A stretch of 63,389 bases of DNA, counting the filler, from Perkinsus chesapeaki ATCC PRA-425 (taxonomy: Eukaryota; Protista; Perkinsozoa), in the NCBI GenBank assembly GCA_013115145.1. It is 9 parts of 9 records of this genome, joined end to end, with 100 filler letters (N's around TTAATTAATTAA, not from the genome) between each part and the next. Parts side by side here need not be neighbours in the genome. Positions count along the whole stretch, not along the records: positions 8,166 to 32,016 come from JAAPAO010000557.1; 8 more parts are not named here. One strand, written 5' to 3'. Position numbers and translations under genes: made by a program. A model generated the notes under the pieces. It saw only the letters and a list, made by a program, of their open reading frames with translations, searched no databases and had not been told where the DNA came from. Each line of letters opens with the position of its first letter. The stretch's first letter is position 1. This document shows, in pieces, positions 11,469-24,663 of the stretch.

Positions 11469-11560
11469 GGATGCATCGTCACGGCTGTGCTTTCCCAGAA
11501 TGTCATTAAGATTCTTTAGAGTTCGACGAATGATGCTGATATAGTGTAATAAGAGAGTCT

Positions 11561-11582
11561 GGTGAGACTCTCACCGTGAGAG
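11561..11582. repeat. Exact 22-bp hairpin-type footprint, inferred TSD GGTGAGAG
   Basis: GGTGAGA c TCTCAC c GTGAGAG. Confidence 0.85.
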
Positions 11583-11788
11583 CCGAGAGTCTGACTTAAG
11601 GCGAACTCAGTGATAGCGGCCGCTGGTCGTACGTCGTGGAGTATTTCTGAATAAGACTCACTTTACCTACTACAGTGCAAACACAAGACCGCCGCTATCC
11701 TGGAGACTGGAAAACTCCGTAGAATGAGAGGATGACTTTGAATGGCTTTGTCCGACTCAATGTAGTAAAAAGTCATCCAGACGATCTT

Positions 11789-11810
11789 GTGTAAGCCTTA
11801 CACTGTAAGG
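11789..11810. repeat. Exact 22-bp hairpin-type footprint, inferred TSD GTGTAAGG
   Basis: GTGTAAG c CTTACA c TGTAAGG. Confidence 0.85.
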
Positions 11811-11904
11811 AGACGTGAAATTTGAGGAGATGCAGGCAGACTAATGAGGCGCATCGTACCTAACGATGGTGATACTTCTGGGAGCGGTCGTTTGCTGCTC
11901 AACC

Positions 11905-13021
11905 TCATGCCTTAACTGCCTGTGCTAAAGCATGGAAAATAGAGCGCTTATCCCACGGGTACATATCTGTACATAAACTATATGCCGGGTCAATCATAAT
12001 ACCGCCAAGGCTCATCTTTCTAACCAAATCTACTTTCTCTACCGCTCGTGGCTGAGAGAAAAAGTAATACGCTCCTGCAGGAGGGTATAAACGGGATCCA
12101 TTCCCCTTCGGATCAGCATGCATATCAAGGAGCACAGATGCATATCCAACATCAGAGGTAGCATAGTCAGCTCGCGCAATAAGAGGGATCTGAAGGAAGG
12201 AAGAAGTACCAATAGCAGCAAACCTCGTGATTCGATCAAAGTACTCACTCTAAGAATTATGTTTCTAGCATTTGCTCCGGCATTCATAGCTGTCCTTATT
12301 TTACGGATAGCAAACGCATTGGTATTGAATGTCTTTGCGAGAGACTTTCCGAAGTAGGGACTTAAGTAAATAACAGTGTAATCTGCAATTGCACCTAAAC
12401 CACTCTTCTTCACAGTTTCTTCGAACCCGGGCCAATACCTGAAAATACAAGAGACATCACAGATACGCTCTGTTCACTCTACTATAACAGGAGCGGTTAT
12501 CCTTACTGAAGAATAGCAGTCTTTCCAAGTGACTTGACAGTGCTGAGGACCTTGTACGCAGCCTCTGCCTTGCTCGGCATGTCTACATTAAATAAGAAAC
12601 CATCTACAGAGTAGTCCTTTATGAACTGCTTTGCGCTCTGACGGAAAACTGACTCATCAAACTTCTCGTTGTTGAAGTATTCTCCAAGCTCTAACCAGAT
12701 ACTTCCACCAACACTTGATACTTTCTGCTTGAAGTTAGCAAAGACACGTTTGTTCCACTGCGGATAGGATGGGGGATCTTTTGTGACCTTGCTTTCAACT
12801 ATGGAAAAGCCACCAAACAGAAAACGCTTGACTCCGTGAGCCCTAATGGTGTTGAAGAACCAATCCCAAGTATAGGTAACATCCTGTGGACATAGAGTGT
12901 CGTTGAAGCAGAATTGCCTTTCTCTAACAGCCCAGGGGTATAGAACACCTTTATAAAAGGGTACGTCAGCAGCGGCTCCCAGATTGAAGACGAGTAATAG
13001 GATCTTCACGTCGGCAAACAT
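11905..13021 (-). CDS. Secreted GH18 chitinase-like protein, probably non-catalytic; ~3 exons
   Basis: Signal peptide MFADVKILLLVFNLGAAAD; VDGFLFNVD at the DxxDxDxE position; C-terminal YYFFSQPRAVEKVDLVRKMSLGGIMID resembles the GH18 barrel end; intron CTTCA|gtaagg..ttcag|GTAT. Confidence 0.65.
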
Positions 13022-14289
13022 TAGTCAAGGCTCGTGTACCGGCTTTATATAGCAACTCTCGTAGTCTTAGTGAAGACAGCAACTTCATCCTTGTCATCCT
13101 TTAAGCGGAGCGGCTCTGTTTACACCCATATTATGCGCCATCGTGTGCGCCCGTGACACACATGGAATATAACTTCAGTTACTCATTCTGGCTCACTTAT
13201 TCGGCAATTTCTGCTCAGAGACAACCTACTCCTCGATGAGTCGGATAATGAAGTTCACTCCTAATAAAACATTCGTTTGAAAGGAAGAAGTTCTATGTCA
13301 CCGGTTCTGTCAAGTTCTTGTGCTATCGCGATTACTGAGATAGTGCTGTCAAAATACAAGAAGAATTTCTTGTGCTATCGTGAGAACTAAAAGAGTCTTA
13401 TCAAAATAAAGTGACAAGTTTTCGTGCTATCTGTCGCAGGCCCTGCGCCGCCGGCGCCTCCCGTTAGTTTTTAAAGCCCTCGGAGGCACGGAGCTGTCGC
13501 AGTGTTGTATCGGCAGCGGCCGTTTTCCCTCTTGCCCTTATGGTTCCCTGATGCGTGGCAGTCTTCAGTGTCGCGGGTTTCACTCCGCGTGGCGAGGTCT
13601 GCGACGGCCGGTGCCATTCGACGCACAGATTCTGCATCGGAGGCGCTGCCGATAAGTGTGGCTCTCCGCTTTCGTCCGGAACATGGCTCACCAACAAATC
13701 AAAGTATAAGTTACTCATAATGACTAATTGTAGGCAATGTGACAACGATACTTCCTAAGTACTCAAGTTGATTCGACTGGATGGCCGACGGCAGCTCGCA
13801 GTAAGCTGTAAGTCGCGCCTTTAAATCAACATTCGGTTGCGCTTCATGTAATATCATTGATGATGTTCGACAGTTCCATTTGCGAGAGCTTCATACATTT
13901 GTGTATGGTTAGCCTGATGATGCTAGATATTGAAGTATAAAGAATAAAAACTGAGTAACCTAGGTCAAATGCTCCTTTGTATGAGTTACATCATGAACGA
14001 TGTTGGCCGGAAAGGTGAAATCTACCTGATAATTATAAAGCTTGAACAGATTCGTATCCGACTGCAAGTCTCAATAGCGATCATTCACATCAACGTTGGT
14101 TCACACTGGCACTCTGGCCGAATGTTTGTGAAGCTGTGCATCATTTCAGTCAATAACAGGGATCCTTTGCATCCTCTATAAATAAGTTCGAATTATAAAT
14201 CAAAAGCTATCTGTGGGAGATAAACCTGTTACGTATAACCTTAGGGTATGGTGGACTACTGAAAATTGACTTGTTCAACATATTTGTTA

Positions 14290-16831
14290 TCATGAAACAG
14301 TGGGTGATGGATTATCTGGCAACAATCGGACAACACCCAAAGCTATCCTAGCAAGCTCTGATGGATCATGCTTTCTGCTCATTAAACCACGTATTAACCG
14401 TGTTGCTAAGATACATCTCTCACATGCTATCTCGCCGCCAAGTTCTCTAGCGTAAGTATCAATCCATTCGTCTCTGTAGAGCTGCATTATAGAGCTCAAT
14501 ATGACGCTAATCTGCCAGGCTTCCAAGGATTTATATTCATCAAGTAAAAGTGGTAGATAATGGTGGAGTAACTCGAGCCCAAGGTGACACAATCCAGGCA
14601 GAATAGAGCAGCCTCTCAGGACTAAGGTGATCGTGTCGAAAGCAAATGATGAGGGTGGAAGAGATATCTGACAGAGGTACTCAGCTGAATCCGAAGTCAG
14701 TTTCTACTCACCAATTGCGGTAATATTGACGTTTTCAGCAGAACACAAGCATCGGATCCTGTCCAATTACGATTCTCTACCAAACCATTGGTATAAGCCA
14801 TGGTGATCGCTTCACAAACAGCTCCTGCATCTCCGACTGAAAGCCTCCTTGGTGGATTGCGCTTCTGAAATCAAGTCACTGTCAAACTTGCAACAAGTTA
14901 TGTAGGGCAAGGTATTACGAGGCATCCAACGGTGGCATTGAAGAGCTGAGCTTGTGCTCTATAATGATGAACTGTCGATCGCCCATCTATTGGCTTTACT
15001 CCTACAACGTTGTTCAATAGACTAACTAAGTTGCGGCAGCTGATTAACTGTCGCTGTCTATTATCTGTTCCAGATGGGCAATGTTGGGATGATAGCTTGT
15101 TGGAAAGGGCACTATATAGTTCTACGTTAATATAGTTAGTAGTTTTGCACGCACTCATGTACCGAATTATGGTCTGAGATAATCATGACGATATGATCCA
15201 GAAACCGTGAGTTCACACTTACTTCAAAAGTTCCTCTATCTGATCGTACATCATATACTATAATCGCATGCAATGCTTCCATCTCAATAGACCGAAAACA
15301 TTTACGCCCATCGGGTAAAGATGACAGATACTCGATACCCTTAACAAGTTCACCACGGTGTATCTGAGAGAACAGCATACACAACGTGAAGAAAAGCAGG
15401 TAATGCAGTGAATGGTGCAGTGAATACCGATCGTCTTTCTCTGGCCAGATGGTGCATCAGCTCCATTGCTGACCTAGCGGCAACTCTAGAGGTTATGCTA
15501 GTCATGTGATTTAACAAAGTAAGGAGAGATGGAAGGAAGCCTACTGAATGAAAAAATAAAAATACAATGAAGCCATGGCTTGAGAAAAGAGGAACTCTCT
15601 GAGAGATTTACATATCATTCGGATCACACAGGACCTGCGCAATTCTGGGATATTTCATAACAGTAACAACGCTAATTTAATAAATATACAGGGTCACCCT
15701 AGAGAATATGATCTTTTCAATAACTTCTTCAGGGATTTGCGAAAAGTCCGGCTCAACAGCTTTCGAACGCCAGACTCGTCGTCTGAGGATTCACCCTCCC
15801 AAAAGAGTTCTTCAAAAAAGAGTCACATCTTTGGGTCGCTTGGGTGCGAACATTGAACATCTACTATGAGCATATTTACATACTATACAGTAGAATACCG
15901 CCACATTATATACAACAGAGTAAGTAAACGACTTGAAGTCGTGCTAGAACGGGTGGGGTGCTCAACTATATTCACGTACATTACAGTATCAACAACAACA
16001 ACAACAACTGCGGCGGCGGCGGTGAAGTGTTGCTAGTAAAGGTGGCGTCCTGCGCATGCGAATGTGATAAAAACAATCCTCTGATAGTCGAAACGGTAAT
16101 AAACACAAGCATTTATGATGGCTATTATCTATGGCTAAGGAAAGGACTGTAGAATGATGATAGCTAGAACCATAGCTTGAATCGTTTTCGTTCAGCGGCC
16201 TGAAGATGTCATATACCGCAAGTCTCCAAGTCGAAAGCCGTGTTGAACAACGATTCTTACGTCTTCAGCTTCTAGCATTTTCATACCGCGTCTAAGTAAT
16301 CTTGCAGCTTCTTTCTCCGCATCAACTCCAGTAGCTTCATCGAATTCACGTACTAAACAAATGCCCCTCGACTATTCGGCCATTCACACAATTTCATCTT
16401 GATAGTGTTAACAAAGAGTAATAAATTAATACTCTTTGTGCAATAACAAGATATATGCTAAACTACCATCCAGTTTTGGTGCAAGTGATTCCACATTCAT
16501 AAGATTAAATGATTCAGCCGAGTCTTTTAATCTTTCCATGGCAGATTCCCTTCGACATGCACTACGACGATTGAGATAGAATATCGGCATCGTCACCAAC
16601 CATACAATAGGGAATGTTCTTGTTACCGCACGATACACTAAAATACAATATTTGTATTTATAATACTACTGAACCACTAGTAGCCTTACCACTACCAGCC
16701 ACTACAGGCTCCATCACAGAGTGTACTCCAGCTGCAGTAATAGCAACTACACCCGATGCTTGAGCAGATGACAATAACAACTCTAATGATGTTCTCTCAT
16801 GTATGTCCCTATGTCGTAGATTTATAACCAT
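14290..16831 (-). CDS. Probable multi-exon gene, Leu-rich helical protein of unknown function (approximate)
   Basis: First exon MVINLRHRDIHERTSLELLL...|gtaagg; several further open segments with GT/AG ends. Confidence 0.35.
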
Positions 16832-17066
16832 TTACACTTATATTTGCATATAATTTTAGTATTGCCAGCCTAATTGAAATAATTATATTACGCAACACTC
16901 AGTTCATAATAAACAGCTTTCGCTAAGTTATTGAATACGTTGTTGAAACAATCGTGATATCACAGACCACCGTTACCATCATCTTCACGATTGGTCGGTA
17001 TAAAATGATATGTTGTTACTGTTGTTGGATTTATTAATGGTAAATATTAATAGGTACAAGTGTAGA

Positions 17067-20000
17067 CTACTGTAATGCTGGTCTAATATTATGTACTAAG
17101 ACTCTAGCAGCCATTGTACGATTACCAGTCTGTACATGTAATGTTGCTAGATTATATGCAGCAGCTACTCTTATATATTCAACTTCATCCTCTACTTGTA
17201 TATTATTATTCCTAGCTTCTTCTATAACTTTTAATGCCTCTCTATACAATCTATCAGCTAAATGGAACACAGATAACTGATGCCATAGTCTTCCTTGATT
17301 ATATGATATCTCAGCCTTTGCCAACACTTCTGTTACACCACATTGGTGGTGTTGGTGATGGCCTTGTTGTTCTAATCTTAATCTCTCATATAATTGGAAT
17401 ACTGCTAAACCTATTTATAATAATAAGTAATACTACTATCACTATCACTTTTATTACTACCTTTTGTTATAGTTAATTGCCTATCATAAGTTACTCTAGA
17501 TATTGACATTGTAATAAGAGATGCTGTAAGTAATAATGCAGGATATGGATCATTTGGTCTTAATCGCATTGCTCTATAATACTCTCGTACACTATATCGA
17601 TGTCTAAATATTATCGATATAAATACTACCAAATTAATACTATTAATTATTACGTTTGTGCTAAGGTACTTAAATGCCCTAACATTAATGTATATTCATA
17701 TACTTGTGGATGCTTAATTGCTTGTCTAATAAGCCATGCTCTTTGATCAATAAACTCTAATTGATCTGGTTTAGTCCCCCTTCTCATAGTGGTCTTCCCT
17801 TTAACTTCGTCAGAATGAACAGAGAACCCCTACCAATAACAACAACAGCAAGTGATATATATGTATTTAATATATTATTCTTACAGCTTCCTCTTCACCA
17901 GCGGCAGTATCATAGAACATAAGTTTCGATAAGAAGCTAAGTGTGCGTGATAATGTTGAATAATCCTTCTCATGTGCATTATTAACAGCCTAATAATAAT
18001 ATCATCATCATCACCAATACTTCTTACCCTTCTCCCCTTACCCTTTGACGAAGATATTTAAATACAACCTTCCTCATACGTGCCTTTATAGCAAGATTAA
18101 AGCTTGCCTTCTCTAACCGTGATATATTATCTAATCCACTGCCAACAACAGTAGCATTGTTGTTGTTGGTGTTATCAGTATCATCAGCACCAGTAGTAGT
18201 CATAATGGTCGGATGTAGTACACTAATCTTGTCAGTTGCCGTAGTAGTAGCAGATGAACTAGTAGTATCAGTAGTAGGTGTATTACTACTAGACCATCTC
18301 TTACGACGCGCATGAAGTACCTGATACTTGACTAATTAAGCACCAATGGTCTGTAATGTTGTTGGCGGTGGTGCTCTTGCTATTCATACCGTTTCAATAA
18401 TCTCTACAGCTTCCTGTTCTCTACCAACAAGATGGCATACATAAGAGCCTCTAACAATAAAGTCAACTAATGCTTTATCACCGTATATATCATCAATTGC
18501 CAATAATTGCATCTCCTTTTTAATACGTGGTAATGCAGGCTAAAAACCATTATACAATAATATTAAAACATTATACCTTAATGTATCATCATCATCATTA
18601 CTACCATTCCCTCCTTAGCTTTAGCTTCTGCTACTGCTTTTGGATCATTACGTCCAAAATTAATAAGGGGTGTTAAACCACCACCACTACCACCACCACC
18701 ACCTTGTTGTTGTCTTGGTGTAGTTCCACCACTAGAACTACTCCCTTTATGTACCTTCTTACTTGGACTAGTAGGATGTGTGGTAGTATTTGTATTAAAG
18801 TATTGTGGATATTGACTACGTCGATACTAAAAATAATACTATTAGTATCATCATTTATTGTATATTCATTATAATACTCTAGAAGCACGTTGATTATCTA
18901 ATTCACAATCCCTCATTAGACTTATCCATGCTGATGCAAATCTAAATAAGTTTATATACTACAATGCTTATGATTACCAGACAATACTACTACTTTAACC
19001 TTTTATCCTGTACATCTGGTGGAATGTCATTATTATCATCGTCATCATCATTATCTACTTGTAATTCACCACTATCCAACATATTCAATAAAGCAGTATA
19101 TCTAATAATAATATGTAATATGCTACTATTACTTATTATTATTATTATTATTACGCTGCTTTCCTTTCCTTAGTACTATGTGCTCTAGGTAAACTTCTAC
19201 ACATTAATAAATCCTCATAACTTAGACTCTCTAATAATAGCCTATCAGCATCTGCACTTCTACCAAGTCTACGCCAAATATCAGATAATTGTACCAATAC
19301 CTAGACATCATCATCATCATACCATTTCTAACTAACATACCATTATTACTGTAGGATCATTCTGTGATATATCATTATCCCTAGTAACACCGCCGCCCCC
19401 AATACCACCACCAGCAGCAGCACTTGTTATATCATCATTAGGATTCCATGATTCTGCTGCTGCTGCTGATGATCTAGCAGCATTAATAGCCTTAGTCTCT
19501 ACTGCTCTCTCTAAGTATATCCCTGCATTCTCTATATCACCAAGAGCATAATAATAACTAATAATATATAATAATACTATTACCAATACCATAATGCTAT
19601 TACTTTCCTATTCTACCACATAATGTTTTAGCATGTACTGGATCAATAACCTTGCCTGGTTGTGCTAATGCTACTAATAATTCTAATGCTTCTTTAGTAT
19701 GACCATTATCATGCATAGCATCAGCTAATTGTAAATGTAAATCCTCTAATCCTGTTGGACTTTGACCTACTGTTCCACTTTAACAGCACCCATAACCACC
19801 GCCCATAACCTCCTATATTACCTCCATTATCTTCCATCTCTTGTGCTGCTGCCATTAATAATACTCTACAGCATGCCTTGGCTAATACACTAGCAGATAC
19901 CTCCTTCCTCCCTATAGCCAATGCCTCTTCTGTAGTCCTGGCTGACTGTGCTGCTGCTGCAGCAGCTGTTGTTGATGATGATGTTCCTATTATAGCATTA

Positions 20001-21853
20001 CTTATTATACGCGATGACTATACAAATATATGAATTATTACCAATATGTGTATAATAGTAAGCCTCAGCTACACCAAGTTTAACAACCAGATCTATAGGT
20101 TGTACACTTAATGCTGTTACTAATGCTTCTTCATCTATCATTGATATACCATATGGTAATAAGAACTTAGTCAATATAGCACGACATTTACCATACTCAC
20201 GTAGATCAATATATCTATACAAGGAGAAGGAATAAGGGAAATAGTATTATTATTATAATATTACACTTCGCATAACATATTCATAAGATCGGCATCTGGT
20301 GGTATTGTCTGTTGTTGTGCCTCCTGTAATGTTGTTATATCCTCTGGTTGTTTAACATCACCATCAACTCCTAGACACAACTCTAACACTTTAGCTGTAG
20401 CTGGTTTATCAGCTTGAAGATACAGTGCTTTTGATAACATACGTCCGATAACTAATAATAATAACAATTATAATACTATGATACTAATTACTCATTACCT
20501 AAATCCCCTGGATGAAGATCAAATAACATTTGTAGATAACGTGCTGCTCTACTATATCTTTTTATCTAATATATAACTATTCCCTAACCCATTCTCCTTT
20601 CTATTATCACCTTCATAAAACAATCAGCCATATCCCATAATACTGATTTAGCTTCATCAGTTGTATCATCTTGTATAGATCTCCAACATCTATGATAACA
20701 GTATGCTGCTTGTGTATAATTACCAAGCTCATCTCTTGATCTTTCAGCAAGCCTTTTCCATAATTGTGTATCTCCAGGTGTTAAATGTGCTGCTACTAAC
20801 AATACCTAACTACTAATTACGATACTATTAACCCCTCTAACCATTACCTCTAATGCTTTCTTAGAATCCCCCATTTCCTCATATATTAACCCTAAAGTTA
20901 GGAATGGATCGGGTACACCAGGGCCTAGACGTATTGCTTCCTGAATAAGCAGCAATAATAATACTCCTACCCACTAATACTTATTACTTTTAAATCATCA
21001 ATAGCAGTCTCATAATCTCTTTTAAGAAAGGCATTATTAGCTTTACCAAGCATCTCTCTAACCTCTGGGCTAACTTTCTTAGATGGACCAGATGCTACTG
21101 TAGGACGTTTATGCTTTTTAGGTTTTAAACTAACAGTAGTAATAATACTATATCCCATATATATTACTACTACCCTTTAGCTTTCCTCTCTTTCAGCTTC
21201 TTACGCCTCCTTCTTCTATGTCTTGCTTTACTCTTTAAGAATTGACTTGCATTATTACTCATGAGTAGGTCATCAAGATCAGATGAATCATATGAAGAGA
21301 GACCACTAGACTCATCTTCTCCTACTCCTATACCATCACCACCTTCATCATCATCATAATCACCATCAGATAACCATGATGAAGCATGTGACTGAATATC
21401 ACCATCACTAGATATACCTATAACATCATCCTAATACCCTTCCACACCCCTTCCTATATATACTTACCCATTTCAATATCATCGGCTGTTGATCCAGGTA
21501 TTGATGATGACTAATATGATTATTATAAATACAACCATTCTTCATATTACCTGTCGTTGGCCTCCTCCTCCACCACCCGTTGTTCTTCGTCTACTTCTCT
21601 TTATACCACTCATTATCCTTTCTTCAGCCTCTTCAGCTCGTTCAGCTAATGGTATGAAATCCTGTAGATTAACTTCAGGATCACCATGATATAAGGTATC
21701 CAAATCCATTCCCTCAGGTGGTGTCATAGCCTGTGCTGCTGCTAATGCAGCTGTAGGAGGAGCAGCAGCAGCGCTACTACTACCATCTCTACTACTTATT
21801 ACTGGATGAACAGCAGCTGTTTTAGATGGAGATGTTGATGATGTTGATGACAT
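17067..21853 (-). CDS. GTF3C3: RNA polymerase III transcription factor TFIIIC TPR subunit (Tfc4/GTF3C3), many short introns
   Basis: N-terminal KKVSPEVREMLGKANNAFLKRDYETAI..AAHLTPGDTQLWKRLAE..YTQAAYCY and C-terminal EISYNQGRLWHQL..AAYNLATLHVQTGN match the conserved ends of Tfc4. Confidence 0.88.
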
Positions 21854-21999
21854 AAGACGTTTATGATAAGGGTTATAATAATTAAACCCCTTATACAGTC
21901 TTACTTATTACTCAACTAAACATTGATATGAGTAGTAGTATAATTATACAATAGTTATGATTGTACATTAACAACATGTTACACAAGTAGGAGGAGGGG

Positions 22000-23249
22000 G
22001 AGGCTATATCTCAACTGTTGAGTATGGGAAGCAGCAAACATCATCAGTATCATCACTTTTATTAGAGCGTCTCTTTGGTATATGAGATAATGGTGATGAT
22101 GATGATGATCCTATATGCCCATTACCTATATTAAACTACAAGATAAGATGAATAGGTTAGTAGTTATTACCACCATCACGACTATGGTGTCGAGATGCTT
22201 GAACAGCTGCTACTATAGGTGCATAATAGGCAGTATTCCTATAGTGTTATGAGATACATTTTATTATATATAATAATACACCACTTACTTATCTATTGAT
22301 ACACTAGTAGTAGTAGTAGTAGTAGTATGATGATGATGATGATGGTGTGATGGTAATATAGACGTTGACGATGATGATCCATGAGGTAATTGTAGCTCAT
22401 CCTCTAACTCATTGAATAGTTGTATAATAGTATCACTATCAATATCTCCATTACTATTAGGCATAGCCTATATAGATTGTATTAATAGGTAGTATTATCA
22501 CTATTACACTCATCAGCTTCAATCTAATCCTTTGTAATAGTAATATTATAGTATGTTCATCATCTGATATATCGTTCTCTATTATCTGCCTTAATATCCT
22601 AGTTTTAAGTTCCATCTTTTTATCAGATATAAATGTACCCTTCCATTCCTCTATACCACTTTTGCCTTAACAACAACATCATAATTATCATAACCACCTA
22701 AATTCCCCTTATCCTAATACCTACTTATCCTATTACTGTGCTTCTTGTCCATACTAGATACTCCTGATGATTTCTTACATGATATGGATGACCTATTCTT
22801 CCCTCCCTTTCCTATCATATTATCCTAATAATGCTTATATTAATATACTATCCCCTATAACCTCTACCTTATCTATATGTGTTCTATTATCATTTATTCT
22901 CCTTATCATATGCCATATATTATTATAATGTGTAGCTAGTATCTATTACCACCACTATATATTGTCCTATATGTATCCTAACCCTATCATCCTTTCTCCT
23001 TCGTGCATCAGATATCCTTTTACTTAAACTATACCGTTCTTCTTGTCGTTGTTGTTCTATAATCTTCCTCTACATAATGATTGCATACCCCCTTCATAAT
23101 TCTCCTTACCCCAGTTGTATTGTGTTGTGCTGTCCCTTTTAATACTCTATCTCTTTCTTCTATTAACTTCCTACCATTCCCTTCTAACATTTACTAACAA
23201 ATAACCCCATTACGGGTCTACTACAACAGTCATCATACTGCGGTATCAT
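22000..23249 (-). CDS. Possible multi-exon gene of unknown function, divergent from RPL4 (approximate)
   Basis: ATG at 23249 and short AT-rich open segments with GT/AG ends; no domain recognised. Confidence 0.25.
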
Positions 23250-23259
23250 GCTTTACGTT

Positions 23260-23288
23260 AAAAGCGCTCGCCCATAGCGTGATCGATT
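23260..23288. promoter_or_regulatory. AAAAGCGCTCGCCC motif plus GTGATCGA upstream of RPL4
   Basis: Reverse complement of the RPS3 motif GGGCGAGCGCTTTT; about 75 nt upstream of the RPL4 ATG. Confidence 0.65.
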
Positions 23289-23347
23289 TTGTCTAATAAT
23301 AGTTGCAGGTGAGTTTCTCCTTTAAGGTAATTAGACCTCTGTCAACG

Positions 23348-24535
23348 ATGTCCACCGCTCGGCCCGTCGTATCAGTATACGATCTATCCGGATCATCATC
23401 TAGCACTACCTGTGCTCCTACCGTCTTCCAGGCCCCTCTCAGACCTGACTTAGTCAGATCTGTCCACTCCGCCATGGCCAAGAACAAGCGTCAGGCTCGT
23501 GGTGTTAAGTTCGAGGCTGGTTATGAGACCGCTGCTGCCTCTTGGGGTACCGGTCGTGCCGTGTCTCGTATTCCACGTGTACCTGGTGGTGGTACCCACC
23601 GTTCGGGTCAGGGTGCCTTCGGTAATATGTGCCGTGGTGGTGGTATGTTCGCTCCTCTTAAGACTTGGAGACGCTGGCACCGTAAGTCTAACTTGACTGA
23701 GAAGCGTCATGCTATGGCATCTGCTATTGCTGCTTCTGCCTTGCCTCCACTTGTTATGGCCCGTGGTCATCGTATTGGTGAGGTCCCTGAGCTCCCTCTT
23801 GTTGTTGCCCAGGGTGCCGAGTCTGTTCAGAAGACTAAGGAGGCCGTTGCTGCTCTTGAGGCTCTTGGTGCTGGTGCCGATCTCCAGAGAGTTAAGGACT
23901 CTAAGAAGGTTCGTGCTGGTGCTGGTAAGATGCGTAACCGTCGTTATGTTATGCGTCGTGGTCCTCTTGTTGTATACTCTGAGGATGATGGTCTTACTAA
24001 GGCCTTCCGTAACATCCCCGGTGTTGAGCTCTGCCAGGTTGATCGTCTCAACCTCTTGCAGGTTGCCCCCGGTGGTACCTTCGGTCGTTTCATCATCTGG
24101 ACCCAGCCCGCCTTTGACCGTCTTCAGCAGCTCTTTGGTTCTTATAGATCCAGTGCAGCTCTTAAGACTGGTTACAGGCTTCCTAGACCTTTGATGACTA
24201 ACGCTGATATCGCTAAGATCATTAACTCTGAGGAGGTCCAGTCTGTCTGCCGTCCTGCTCTTGCTCCTGCCCGTCGTGTTGGCCAGAAGAAGAATGCTCT
24301 TAAGAACCGTCAAGTGATGGCCAAGCTCAACCCTGGTGCTCTTCATCGCGCTAAGCTGCGCGCTCAGGCCCAGGAGGAGGGTACTCAGGCTCATGCCCAG
24401 AAGGTCGCCGCCATCCGTGCCCGTGCTGAGCAAGCCAAGAAGAGCTCCAAGGTCGGTAAGGTGTTCTATGATGAGTTGACTGCTGCCTATCATCCCGCTG
24501 CTGACAGCGAGTCTGAGGCCGAGTCCGAGGAGTAA
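23348..24535 (+). CDS. RPL4: 60S ribosomal protein L4 (uL4), intronless
   Basis: MSTARPVVSVY..APLRPDLV..AASWGTGRAVSRIPRVPGGGTHRSGQGAFGNMCRGGGMFAP..RRWHRK; true ATG at 23348. Confidence 0.98.
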   Translation: MSTARPVVSVYDLSGSSSSTTCAPTVFQAPLRPDLVRSVHSAMAKNKRQARGVKFEAGYETAAASWGTGRAVSRIPRVPGGGTHRSGQGAFGNMCRGGGMFAPLKTWRRWHRKSNLTEKRHAMASAIAASALPPLVMARGHRIGEVPELPLVVAQGAESVQKTKEAVAALEALGAGADLQRVKDSKKVRAGAGKMRNRRYVMRRGPLVVYSEDDGLTKAFRNIPGVELCQVDRLNLLQVAPGGTFGRFIIWTQPAFDRLQQLFGSYRSSAALKTGYRLPRPLMTNADIAKIINSEEVQSVCRPALAPARRVGQKKNALKNRQVMAKLNPGALHRAKLRAQAQEEGTQAHAQKVAAIRARAEQAKKSSKVGKVFYDELTAAYHPAADSESEAESEE

Positions 24536-24663
24536 TTTTAATACGACGAATATCTGTATATGAGGTTATATAGGTATAAGAGCGTTTGGTAATACTGATA
24601 GAGGAATGCTTAATGTTGTTGTGTTGTATGTTGTATTAAGGGGGAAGTAGTATTACATCACGA

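Noticed and set aside
23450-24493. 347-aa antisense ORF over RPL4; likewise 2061-2558 over RPS9 and 5897-6328 over the subtilisin
   Set aside because: Shadow ORFs produced by codon bias of the real gene on the opposite strand
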